From contig JBJOLT010000015.1 of the NCBI GenBank assembly GCA_046045415.1, forward strand, positions 5,988-69,987: 64,000 nucleotides of DNA. Reading direction: 5' to 3'. The notes beneath the pieces were generated by a model, which was not told the origin of the DNA, searched no databases, and worked only from the letters and a program-made list of their open reading frames with translations. Origin of the DNA: Chloroflexota bacterium. Its GTDB lineage: Bacteria > Chloroflexota > Limnocylindria > Limnocylindrales > CSP1-4. A program made the translations under genes and the position numbers. Of this stretch, positions 29,526 to 39,887 are shown in pieces; the stretch's first letter is position 1; each line of letters begins with the position of its first letter.

Positions 29526-30956
29526 TCAGCGGCGCGCGGCGGGACGGCGGACGGCGGACGGGACCCCGACGCCGTGGTAGGCGACCCCGCGCGGGAGGGC
29601 GAGCGACCGAAGGCTGTTCCGGCCGTCGTAGAGGACCTGCAGGTGCGGGAAGCAGCCGAAGTCGAGCGTCGCGAAGCGGGGATCCGCGGTCTGGGTGACG
29701 ATCGCGAGCGCGTCGCTCCGCTCGCCCCAGCGGTACGGGGCGGCGCCGAGGGCGGCCGTCTCCGCCTCGTCGAGGAGCGGGTCGTAGGCGGCGACGCGGG
29801 CGCCGTGGAAGGTGAGGCGCTCGATCAGCGGGACCGCCCGGCTGTAGGCGAGCTCCTTCACCCCGTGGCGGTAGGTGAGCCCGAGGACGAGGATCGTCGT
29901 CCCGTCGAGCCCGCCGAGCGCCCGCTGGAGCGCCCTGACCGCGACGCCGACCTGCCCGTCGTTCGTCTTCCGCGACGTCGCGACGAGCTCCATCTCCGGG
30001 GCGCGACTGAGGAGGAAGTGCGGATAGACCGGGATGCAGTGGCCCCCGACGCCGATCCCGGGCTGGTGGATGTGCGAGTAGGGCTGGCTGTTCGCCGCGT
30101 CGATCACCTCCTGGATGTCGACGCCGACCCGGTCGGCATAGCGCGCGAACTCGTTCGCGAGCGCGATGTTCACGTCGCGGTAGGTGGTGTCGGCGAGCTT
30201 GCTGAACTCGGCCGCCTCGGCCGACGACATCGCGACGATCTCCGCGTCGAGGACGGACGCGTAGAAGCGGGCGGCGAGGTCGGTCGCCTCGGGCGTCAGC
30301 CCCCCGACGAGCTTCGGATAGGCGGCGAGGTTCCGGAGCGCCGCCCCGCTGTAGAGCCGCTCCGGCGAGAAGGCGACGTGGAGGTCGCGCTCGATCGACG
30401 TGCCGCTCGCCGCCTCGAGCTTCGGCGCGAAGCGGCCGCGCGTGTCCCCGACCGGGAGCGTGGTCTCGAAGATGACGAGCGAGCCCGGATGGACCCCGGG
30501 CGCGATCGACGCGACCGCGGCGTCCATGTAGCGGTAGTCCGGCTGGTGGGCGTCGTCGAGCATGACCGGGACGATGAGGACGACGACGTCGGACTCGCGC
30601 GCCGCGGCGGCGGCATCGGTCGTCGCGCGGAGCCGGCCGGCGGCGTGGGCGCCCGCGACGAGCTCGGCGAGCCCCGGCTCGTCGTCGACGTGCGACTCGC
30701 CCCGATTGATCGAGTCGACGACCTCGCGTCGGACGTCGACGGCGACGACCTCCCAGCCGTGCGAGGCGTACTGGGCGCAGAGCGGGAGCCCCATCTTGCC
30801 GGCGCCGATCACCGCGACCCGGCCGGCGGTCCCCTCCTCGCCGGTCCACGGGGAGACCCGGCGCGTCTCGCCGTGCGGGCACGGCGCCGCCGGGAGCTCG
30901 ATCGAGCCGCCGAGGAGGCTCGGCCCCGTCGCGCTCGGGCGGGCGACGATCCTCAT
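29526..30956 (-). CDS. UDP-N-acetyl-D-mannosamine dehydrogenase-like (WecC family). The start is possibly internal.
   Basis: VAVIGAGKMGLPL...VDSINRGESHV...LRATTD matches the E. coli WecC N-terminal blocks, and the catalytic-Cys region [13 protein letters not shown] is present. The first 40 aa or so are doubtful. Confidence 0.75.
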   Translation of the reverse strand: MRIVARPSATGPSLLGGSIELPAAPCPHGETRRVSPWTGEEGTAGRVAVIGAGKMGLPLCAQYASHGWEVVAVDVRREVVDSINRGESHVDDEPGLAELVAGAHAAGRLRATTDAAAAARESDVVVLIVPVMLDDAHQPDYRYMDAAVASIAPGVHPGSLVIFETTLPVGDTRGRFAPKLEAASGTSIERDLHVAFSPERLYSGAALRNLAAYPKLVGGLTPEATDLAARFYASVLDAEIVAMSSAEAAEFSKLADTTYRDVNIALANEFARYADRVGVDIQEVIDAANSQPYSHIHQPGIGVGGHCIPVYPHFLLSRAPEMELVATSRKTNDGQVGVAVRALQRALGGLDGTTILVLGLTYRHGVKELAYSRAVPLIERLTFHGARVAAYDPLLDEAETAALGAAPYRWGERSDALAIVTQTADPRFATLDFGCFPHLQVLYDGRNSLRSLALPRGVAYHGVGVPSAVRRPAARR

Positions 30957-32005
30957 CGGGCCGGGAGCCGCGCGGCGAGGGCGGAGAGGTCGGACGGGCG
31001 CCCGGCGTCGGCGGATTCGAGGAGTGCGGTGGCGATCGCGACCGCCCAGAGGCCGTCCTCGACGTCGACTGCGGGGCGGCCGCCGCCCCGGACCGTCGCG
31101 AGGAAGGCGTCGATCTCCGCGACGAGCGGCTCCCGGTTCTCGACCGGGATCTCCGCGACGTCGCCGGCGAACGTCGTCGCGTAGCCCCCGAGCGTCTGCG
31201 GGTTCGCGACGTCGGCCTTCGTGAAGGTGAGGCGCTGCGTCAGGTAGTCGAGCTCGAACATCCCCTCCTCGCCGATGACGGTCAGCTGGCGTCGCTTCGC
31301 GGGCGTCAGCCAGTTGACGTCGATCATCCCGGTCGCGCCCGACGGGAAGTGGAGGAGGCCGAAGAGGAGGTCCTCGTGCGTCGCGTGGATCCGCTGCGCA
31401 TGCTCGGCGTAGGCGCGGGAGGGGCGCTCGCCGGCGATCCAGCAGAGCATGTCGGCATCGTGCGTGCCGAGGTCCACCGTCACCCCGACGTCGCGGATCC
31501 GCGCGGGGAACGGGCCGGCGCGCCGGCTCGCGATCGCGTAGACCGTCGAGAGGGCGCCCCCCCGGAGGAGCTCGCCGAGCCGGAGGACGGCGGGGTTGAA
31601 GCGCTCGACGTGGCCGACCTGGACCGGGACACCCGCGGCGCGGGAGGCCTCGACGATCCGGAGCCCCTCCTCCACCGACGCGGCGAGCGGCTTCTCGACG
31701 AGGAGCGCGACGCCCCGCTCGATCGCGGCGAGCGCGAGCGGGAGGTGGGCGGTCGTCGGCGCCGCGACGACGACCGCGTCGAGCTCCGCCTCGGCGATCA
31801 TCGCGAGCGGCTCGGAGAAGCCCTGTGCGCCCGATCGCGCCACCGCCTCCTCGACCGCGGCGGCCGCGGGGTCCGCGACCGCGACGAGCCGGCAGCCGGG
31901 CTGCGCGGCGAGGACGCGGAGATGGTTCCGTCCCATCGAGCCGAGTCCCGCGAGGCCGACGCGGACCTCGCGCTCGCCGACCGGCGTCCAGCGCGCGGGG
32001 CTCAT
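30953..32005 (-). CDS. Gfo/Idh/MocA-family NAD-dependent oxidoreductase. By context it is a WbpB-like UDP-GlcNAcA 3-dehydrogenase.
   Basis: N-terminal Rossmann motif VGLAGLGSMGRNHL and the EKP motif (LLVEKP). It overlaps the neighbouring gene by 4 nt. Confidence 0.7.
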   Translation of the reverse strand: MSPARWTPVGEREVRVGLAGLGSMGRNHLRVLAAQPGCRLVAVADPAAAAVEEAVARSGAQGFSEPLAMIAEAELDAVVVAAPTTAHLPLALAAIERGVALLVEKPLAASVEEGLRIVEASRAAGVPVQVGHVERFNPAVLRLGELLRGGALSTVYAIASRRAGPFPARIRDVGVTVDLGTHDADMLCWIAGERPSRAYAEHAQRIHATHEDLLFGLLHFPSGATGMIDVNWLTPAKRRQLTVIGEEGMFELDYLTQRLTFTKADVANPQTLGGYATTFAGDVAEIPVENREPLVAEIDAFLATVRGGGRPAVDVEDGLWAVAIATALLESADAGRPSDLSALAARLPAR

Positions 32006-32015
32006 CGGGCGGGGC

Positions 32016-33116
32016 TCATCGGGGGGCGGCGTCCCCGTGCCGCGCGACGGCGGCCCGGACGGCGCCGATCACCGTCGCCTGCTCGTCGGCGGTCAGGTTG
32101 GGGTGCATCGGGAGGGCGATCGTCCGCGCCGCCGCGGCGTCGGTCACCGGGAGGTCGGCGTGGAGGCCGCGCTCCATCACGTACTCCTGCCGGTGGACCG
32201 GGAGCGGGTAGTAGACGTCGGCGCCGACCCCGTTCTCCCGGAGATCGGCGAGGATCGCGTCGCGCGCGCCGCCGACCTCGACGGTGTACTGGTGATAGAC
32301 GTGCGTCCGTCCCTCGGGCGTGACCGGGAGCCGGACCGGGAGATCGGCGAACGCCTCGTCGTACCGACCGGCGATCGCCTGGCGGCGTGCGGTGTTCCGC
32401 TCGAGCTTGTCGAGCTGGACGAGCCCGATCGCCGCGTTCAGGTTCGTCATCCGGAAGTTGTAGCCGAGGATCTCGAACGCGTAGCGGGTCCGCATCCCCT
32501 GGTTGCGGTAGAGCCGGAGCCAGTCGGCGAGCCGGTCGTCGTTCGTCGTCACCATCCCGCCCTCGGCGGTCGTCATGTTCTTCGTCGCGTAGAAGCTGAA
32601 GGCGCCGTGGCCGAACGAGCCGGCGCGGCGGCCGCGGTAGGTCGCCCCGTGCGCCTGGCAGGCGTCCTCCACGACCGCGATCCCGTGGCGGTCGGCGATC
32701 GCGCAGATCATGTCCATGTCGGCGACGAGGCCGAAGAGATGGACCGGGACGATCGCGCGGGTCCGCGGCGTGATCGCCTTCTCGATCAGCTTCGCGTCGA
32801 TGACGTAGGTGTCCGGCTCGATGTCGACGAAGACCGGGGTGGCGCCGGTGAAGAGGATCGAGTTCGCCGTCGCCGCGAACGTGTGCGCGACGGTGATCGC
32901 CTCGTCGCCGGGGCCGAGCCCGAGGCCGGCGAAGATCGCCATCTCGGCGAGCGTCCCGTTGCCGAACGCGATCGCGTGGCGGACGCCGCACATCGCGGCG
33001 AACCGCTCCTCGAACTCCGCGACCTGCTTCCCCTGGGCGATCATCCCGCTCCGGAGGACCTCGGTCACCGCCTCGATCTCCTCGGGACCGATGTCCGGCT
33101 TCGCGATCGGGATCAT
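32016..33116 (-). CDS. DegT/DnrJ/EryC1/StrS-family PLP-dependent sugar aminotransferase (WbpE-like).
   Basis: Starts MIPIAKPDIGPEEIEAV. The PLP-Lys region SFYATKNMTTAEGG is present. The start is set at MIPIAKP, with an ATGA overlap with the next gene. Confidence 0.8.
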   Translation of the reverse strand: MIPIAKPDIGPEEIEAVTEVLRSGMIAQGKQVAEFEERFAAMCGVRHAIAFGNGTLAEMAIFAGLGLGPGDEAITVAHTFAATANSILFTGATPVFVDIEPDTYVIDAKLIEKAITPRTRAIVPVHLFGLVADMDMICAIADRHGIAVVEDACQAHGATYRGRRAGSFGHGAFSFYATKNMTTAEGGMVTTNDDRLADWLRLYRNQGMRTRYAFEILGYNFRMTNLNAAIGLVQLDKLERNTARRQAIAGRYDEAFADLPVRLPVTPEGRTHVYHQYTVEVGGARDAILADLRENGVGADVYYPLPVHRQEYVMERGLHADLPVTDAAAARTIALPMHPNLTADEQATVIGAVRAAVARHGDAAPR

Positions 33117-33786
33117 GCGCTCGCTCCATCGGCTGGGGCGTCGGCCCGCTCGGCGAGCGCGTCGGCCCTGGGGTCGTACCGGTAGGCGCGCCCGCATCGG
33201 GCGCAGTGGAGACTCGGATCGTGAGCGTACAACTCGGGCTTCCCCGGCGCCGGGTTCCCGTGCTCGTCCTTCAGCCGGTCGCCGCACGCGCAGACCCAGC
33301 CGATCCGGCGGGCCGGGTTGCCGGCGACGAGCGCGTGGTCGGGGACGGTCCTCGTGACGACCGCCCCGGCCCCGACGGTCGCGAAGCGCCCGACGTCCAC
33401 CCCCGCGACGACGACGGCGCCCGCACCGATCGAGCAGCCGTAGCGGAGCGTGATCGGGCTGACGACCCAGTCGGCGGCGCGGGCGAGCTCGCCGGTCGCG
33501 GTGATCGCGCGGGGGAACCGGTCGTTCGTGAGGATCGCGTTCGGGCCGATGAAGACGCCGTCCTCGACCGTGACGCCGTGGTAGACGAGCGCGGCGTTCT
33601 GGATCTTCACCCGGTCGCCGATGACGACGTCCTCGTCGATGAACGCATCGCGGCCCACGATGCAGCCCGCGCCGATCGTCGCGCGGTTCCGCACCTGGGC
33701 GCGGTGCCAGACGCTCGATCCGGCGCCGATCGCGACGTCCGCCTCGATGTCGGCCGACGGGTGGACGCGCGCAGAGGGGTCGATCA
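33113..33786 (-). CDS. Left-handed beta-helix (hexapeptide-repeat) N-acetyltransferase (WbpD-like sugar N-acetyltransferase).
   Basis: Hexapeptide repeats (IGAGSSV...IGAGCIVG...IGDRVKI...). A GTG start is proposed at VIDPSARVHP. Confidence 0.65.
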
Positions 33787-33965
33787 CGGGTGGGAAGGGC
33801 TCCTTCGACGGCGCGCGACGGGGGCTCGGCGAGCGCGGCGCGAGCGCGACCGAGGCGTGGCGGAGTATACCGGAGCGGCCCTTCGGGACCCGGCGGGCGA
33901 CGGGCCGATCCCGTCGGTCCGACGCGCTCGGGCAGGTGGGCGCGGGCCGGTCGCCCTCCCCGGCC

Positions 33966-34796
33966 TCATCGCCGGCGGACCGCCGCCGCGACGGCCGCAC
34001 CCTGGCGGAGGAGCGCGCGGACGAGGCGCTCGACGAGCCGGCCCGCTCCGGTCGCACGGAGCTCGTCGCGGCGGAGGGCGAGGACGAGGACGAGCGCCTC
34101 CCAGATGATCCGGCGCGACATCTTCGAGCGGCCCACCCGACGGTCGCGGAAGGTGATCGGGACCTCCCGGATCCGTGCGCGGCCCCGCGCGGCCCGGTAG
34201 GTCATCTCGATCTGGAAGACGTAGCCGCCGGCATGGATCCCGCCGAGGTCGATCGCCGCGAGCGTCGCGGCGCGCCACGCCTTGAAGCCGCCGGTGAGGT
34301 CGCCCGGGCCGAGCCGGAGGACGAGCTTGGCGAAGAGGCTCCCGCCGCGGGAGACGATCCGACGACCGATCCCCCAGTCCTCGACCCGCCCGCCGCGGCA
34401 GTACCGAGAGCCGATGACGAGGTCGGCCTCGCCGCGCTCGAGCGGCCCGAGGAGCGCCGGCAGCGCGTCAGGATCGTGGGACCAGTCGGCATCCATCTGG
34501 ACGACGGTCCCGGCACCGCCGGCGAGGGCGACCCCGAAGCCGTCGACGTAGGCGCGCCCGAGTCCCTCCTTCCCGGCTCGATGGCGGACCCTGATCCGCG
34601 GGTCGGCGGCGGCGAGCTCGTCGGCGAGCCGGCCGGTCCCGTCCGGCGAGGCGTCGTCGACGACGAGGAGCGTCGCCTCGGGGAGCGCCTCGAGGATGGC
34701 GCGCGCGATCGGGGCGAGGTTCTCCGCCTCGTCGTACGTCGGGAGGACCACCCACGTCCCGGCGGGACGGGGCTCCGCGGTCGTTCGGCGCGCCAC
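33966..34796 (-). CDS. GT2-family polyprenyl-phosphate sugar synthase (dolichol-P-mannose synthase / GtrB-like).
   Basis: VVLPTYDEAENL...LLVVDDASPDGT...QMDADWSHDP is a GT-A fold with DxD motifs. Confidence 0.8.
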   Translation of the reverse strand: MARRTTAEPRPAGTWVVLPTYDEAENLAPIARAILEALPEATLLVVDDASPDGTGRLADELAAADPRIRVRHRAGKEGLGRAYVDGFGVALAGGAGTVVQMDADWSHDPDALPALLGPLERGEADLVIGSRYCRGGRVEDWGIGRRIVSRGGSLFAKLVLRLGPGDLTGGFKAWRAATLAAIDLGGIHAGGYVFQIEMTYRAARGRARIREVPITFRDRRVGRSKMSRRIIWEALVLVLALRRDELRATGAGRLVERLVRALLRQGAAVAAAVRRR

Positions 34797-34880
34797 GCCC
34801 GGGAGTGTAGGGCAGGTCCGGCGGCCCCTCCCGGGGCGCCGCGTGGCCTGCGGGTCAGCGGGAGGGCCGCGGCCCGCAGG

Positions 34881-36668
34881 TCAGCGGAGCGGGATCGAGA
34901 GCTGCGCCACGCCGCGGAGCCCGAGGAGGTCGGTCCCGCTCACGGCGATCGAGAGGCGACCGGCCGTCCCGCCCCGGAGGACGGGGATCCGGGCGACCCA
35001 GCGGTCGCCCTCGAGGACCATCCGGACGCTCCGCGCCGCGAGGCCGGGCTGCATGACGCGGGCGACCGGCGGCGCGGCGACCGGCTCGGCCGCGGCCGCG
35101 GTGAGGACGAGGATCCCGCCCCGGACGGCGATCGAGCGGCCGGTCGCGAGGGCGAACGGCCCGACCCCGATCGGCACCCCGATCCGGGTCGCGAGCCCGC
35201 CCGACGCCGCGACGACGCTCGCCCGGTACGTGCCCGGCGCGACGGGGCGGCCGTCCGCCCCGATCCCGTCCCAGGGGACGGCGTGGAACCCGGCCCCCCG
35301 CGGCGCTCGCGGGGCGACGGTCGCGACGGTCCGGCCGGCCGCGTCGAGGATCGCGACCGAGACGGTGGCGGCCGCCGCGAGCGTGAACGAGACCTCGGTC
35401 GCGCCGGGGGCGGTCCCGTTCGGGTCCGCCGGCCAGATCGCGGGGAGGCTCGTGGCGACCCCCGCGAGCGCCGTGTGGACGGCGATCCGCTTCTGGAGCG
35501 GCGGCGCCACGTTCCCGGCCGCGTCGCGGGCGGAGACGGTCGCGACGTACCGTCCGTCGGGGACGACCGCGCCCGCGTCGTCGCGCCCGTCCCACGTGAC
35601 GGTCGTCCGTCCCGGAGCGACGGGGAGCGACCAGGCGCGGACCGGGCCGCCTCCCTCCGCGGCGATCGCGACCTCGAGCAGGCCGCCCTCGCCGAGGGCG
35701 AGCGGGAGTGCGATCGACTCGCCGACGCCGTCGCCGTTCGGCGAGAAGGTGACGGGGGCGAGGGCGTTCCCGACCGCGACGAGCGTCGGCGGGGCGACGT
35801 CGGGGGGCGGGGCGACGACCGGGGCGCCGAGCGCCGGATCGAACGGCGCGAGCGGGTCGGACGAGGTCGCGCCGCGGACGGCGTCGGTCGTGAGCGACGG
35901 GTCGCCGAGGAACGAGCGGTAGAAGCCGGTCGTCGGCGTCTCCGGATCGAGCTGGCCGAGCCGGCCGGGCGTCCGGACGCTCTGGAAGGGGATGAGGTTC
36001 CAGTTCGCCCCCGGCGCGACCCGCCAGAGCGAGTCGAGCGTCTGGCTCGTCGCGAAGAGCGCGTTCATGTAGTAGACGGAGCCGCGGTGCGCGTCCGCGA
36101 TGACGGCGCCCGCGCCCGCCGCGCTCCAGCCGGCCGCCATGTTGTCGACGCGCTGCTGCGCGACGTCGATCGTCGGCTCGCCCCGGCCCGGCTCGGAGTT
36201 CCCCGAGGCGTAGCAGAGGTGGTGGAGGAGGACGAGGGCACCCGGCGCCAGCCTCACCTCGGCGGCGAGATACGCCTCGCCCCAGTAGCGGGTCGTGGAG
36301 TCGCCGCTCCCCGGATACGGGTTGAGGCCGAGGCCGTCCTGGGTCGCCGGGAGGAGCGTGGTCGAGTACGGGCTCGGGAACCCGTTCCCGTGGCCGAGGT
36401 AGACGACGACGTTCGCGCCCTGGAGCGCCGGCTTCGCGAGCTCCCACGTCGCGTTCGGGGAGTAGAGGGTCGTGACGTCGCTCGTCCACCGGCGGGCCTC
36501 CGCGGCGATCGCCTCCGCCTCGCTCCGATACGAGGAGGTCATCGAGCCGGCGGGGCCGACGATGACGACGACCTTCGGCGGGGTCGCGGCGGCGACCGGC
36601 GGGGCGGCGAGCCCGAGGGAGCCGGCGGCGGCGAGTGCCGCGAGGATGACGGCGACGAGTCGGTTCAC
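34881..36668 (-). CDS. Secreted 595-aa protein with a signal peptide and an N-terminal domain carrying a possible His/Cys dyad (YLGHGNG ... LLHHLCYASGNSEPG). It also has at least two FlgD-Ig-like repeats (TVTWDGRDDAGAVVPDGRY; VPWDGIGADGRPVAPGTYRA).
   Basis: Signal peptide MNRLVAVILAALAAAGSLGLAAPPVAAA. The domain calls are inference from motifs only. Confidence 0.6.
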   Translation of the reverse strand: MNRLVAVILAALAAAGSLGLAAPPVAAATPPKVVVIVGPAGSMTSSYRSEAEAIAAEARRWTSDVTTLYSPNATWELAKPALQGANVVVYLGHGNGFPSPYSTTLLPATQDGLGLNPYPGSGDSTTRYWGEAYLAAEVRLAPGALVLLHHLCYASGNSEPGRGEPTIDVAQQRVDNMAAGWSAAGAGAVIADAHRGSVYYMNALFATSQTLDSLWRVAPGANWNLIPFQSVRTPGRLGQLDPETPTTGFYRSFLGDPSLTTDAVRGATSSDPLAPFDPALGAPVVAPPPDVAPPTLVAVGNALAPVTFSPNGDGVGESIALPLALGEGGLLEVAIAAEGGGPVRAWSLPVAPGRTTVTWDGRDDAGAVVPDGRYVATVSARDAAGNVAPPLQKRIAVHTALAGVATSLPAIWPADPNGTAPGATEVSFTLAAAATVSVAILDAAGRTVATVAPRAPRGAGFHAVPWDGIGADGRPVAPGTYRASVVAASGGLATRIGVPIGVGPFALATGRSIAVRGGILVLTAAAAEPVAAPPVARVMQPGLAARSVRMVLEGDRWVARIPVLRGGTAGRLSIAVSGTDLLGLRGVAQLSIPLR

Positions 36669-36812
36669 GCGATCGAGACCTCCGCTCTGCGAGGGAGGAC
36701 GATCGTGGGCGCGGCCCGGGGTGGTGCGCAGCCGTGCGAAGGTCCGCGGGTCGCTGGCCCCTTCGTCCGGCTGTGCCCGGTGCGCGGACGCCCACGGCGG
36801 GGCGGCCGCCCG

Positions 36813-37796
36813 CTACGGGACCGGGGTCGGGCTCGGCGCGGCGGGGTCGGGGGTGACGAACGGCTGCTCCGAGTCGGGGAGCGTCCCGTCGTCGTTCGTC
36901 ACCTCGGTCGGCTGCTCGCCGAGGTCCGGGAGGCCGCCCTCGTAGTCGGTGATGACGAGGACGTACTCGAGCCGGTCGAGGTCGGCGGTCGGCTGGAGGT
37001 AGGCGGTCTGGACGACCGCGTTCGCGTCGCGGATCACGTCGACGACCTGGCCGACGACGAGGCCCTTCGGATACGGGGAGCGGACCCCCGACTGGAGCTC
37101 GATCCCGGCGGTGACCACCTCGTCGCCGATGAGGATCTTCTCCGTCGAGTCGATGTTCCGCATGACGAGGACGCCGCCGAGCTGGCCGTCGATCTCCCCG
37201 GTCGCGGCGCTCGCCTGCAGCTGGCCGATCACCGTCGAGCTCGTGTCGTTGATGAGGACGACGTTCGCGGCATCGCGGCCGACCTGGACGACCCGGCCGG
37301 CGAGCGCGCCGCCCGCCGCGATGACGACGTCGCCGACGGCGATCCCCTGCGCGGTCCCGACGTCGATCGTGATCACCCGTCGGAAGTCGGACGCATCACG
37401 GCCGATGACGATCGCGGTGACGGTCGCGAACTGGAGTCCGTTCCGGAGCTGGAGGAGCCCGGTGAGGAGCTCGTTCTCCCGCGCGAGCTCGACCGCCCGG
37501 GCGTTCTCGGCCCGGAGCCGCGCGTTCTCGTCGATGAGCCGGGCGTTGTCGCGCCGGAGCCCGTCGATCTCGGTGAGCGCCGCGGTGATGGACGCCCCCG
37601 TCCTCGCGACCGAGGTGAGCGCCGCCTGGAGCGGCCGGAAGGCGAAGCCGATCCCCTTCTGGACCTCGACGATCGGCTCGGCGCTCGAGAAGGCCATGAG
37701 GACGACCGTCGCGACGAGGAAGACGACGTACGTGGCGACCCGCCGCCGCGCGGCGCGCGCGGCGAGGGCGGCGGCGGAGGGACCGACCCCGGCCAT
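36813..37796 (-). CDS. mreC: Rod shape-determining protein MreC.
   Basis: An N-terminal TM helix, a coiled coil (LRRDNARLIDENARLRAENAR) and the MreC beta-domain (GLVVGQV). Confidence 0.8.
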   Translation of the reverse strand: MAGVGPSAAALAARAARRRVATYVVFLVATVVLMAFSSAEPIVEVQKGIGFAFRPLQAALTSVARTGASITAALTEIDGLRRDNARLIDENARLRAENARAVELARENELLTGLLQLRNGLQFATVTAIVIGRDASDFRRVITIDVGTAQGIAVGDVVIAAGGALAGRVVQVGRDAANVVLINDTSSTVIGQLQASAATGEIDGQLGGVLVMRNIDSTEKILIGDEVVTAGIELQSGVRSPYPKGLVVGQVVDVIRDANAVVQTAYLQPTADLDRLEYVLVITDYEGGLPDLGEQPTEVTNDDGTLPDSEQPFVTPDPAAPSPTPVP

Positions 37797-37814
37797 CGAC
37801 GACCCGGGCCCGGG

Positions 37815-38867
<1,053 letters not shown>

Positions 38868-38953
38868 CCGGGCGTGTGTCCCCACGGGCTGGTGATGAAG
38901 GCACCGCAGTATACCCGCCGCCCCCACGCGGACTCTCGGGAGCGATGCGGCGC

Positions 38954-39697
38954 TCACTCCGCCGCGCGTGCCGCCGACGGCCCCCGGTCGAAGGCGACGC
39001 CACGGTCGCGGAGGCTGACGAACGCGTCGTGCCCGACGACGAGGTGGTCGAGGACCTCGACGTCGAGGAGCCGGCCGGCCGCGAGCGCCTCGGCGGTGAG
39101 ATGGAGGTCGTCGGGGCTCGGGGTCGGGTCGCCCGACGGGTGGTTGTGGACGAGGATCACCCCGACGGCGTTCTCCCGGACCGCGTCGCGGAAGAGCTCC
39201 CCCACCCGGACGAGCGACGCGCTCACGTTCCCCTGGTAGACCGTGACGACCCGGAGGACGGCGTTCCGGCTGTTGAGGAGGACGACCCGGAGCTCCTCGC
39301 GCTCGAGCCGGCCCATCTGGAGGACGAGCCGGTCGGCGATGTCCCTCGGGGAGCGGACGATCCAGCGGCCGGTCGGCCAGTCGGCGAGGAGGCGGCGACC
39401 GAGCTCGAAGGCCGCGACGAGGCGCGCCGCCCGCGCGGCACCGACCCCCGGGAGCGAGTCGAGCTCCGACGGCGCGGCCCGCGCGAGACCGCTCAGCCCG
39501 TCATGGCGGGCGAGCGCGTCCTCGGCGATCGCGACGGCGCTCGCGCCCCGGACGCCGCTCCCCCAGAGGAGCGCGATCAGCTCGGCCGAGGTGAGGCCGG
39601 CGACCCCGCGCTGGACGAGGCGCTCACGGGGTCGCTCCGCGGCGGGGAGCTCCCTGATCGTGCGACCCGGCCGTGCCGCCCGCCCCCGGGGCGCCAT
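38954..39697 (-). CDS. radC: RadC-family JAB/MPN-domain protein.
   Basis: The HNHPSGDPTPSPDD JAMM-like motif and the N-terminal helix-hairpin-helix (HhH) region ERPRERL are present. Confidence 0.8.
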   Translation of the reverse strand: MAPRGRAARPGRTIRELPAAERPRERLVQRGVAGLTSAELIALLWGSGVRGASAVAIAEDALARHDGLSGLARAAPSELDSLPGVGAARAARLVAAFELGRRLLADWPTGRWIVRSPRDIADRLVLQMGRLEREELRVVLLNSRNAVLRVVTVYQGNVSASLVRVGELFRDAVRENAVGVILVHNHPSGDPTPSPDDLHLTAEALAAGRLLDVEVLDHLVVGHDAFVSLRDRGVAFDRGPSAARAAE

Positions 39698-39887
39698 GCC
39701 CGTCCCGTCTCCGCTCACGTCCACCCCGACCTCCAGCGCTGGATCCCCGGACCCGGACGACGGAGCCCGCCGATTCCCCCGCCATCCGGATCCGGGGACG
39801 AGGCGAGACTAGGCGGCGCCGCTCACCGGTCGATCGACGGGGCCTCCACCCGGGCTCGCCGCCGGCGCCGTCGTCGGGCGAGGGCCG

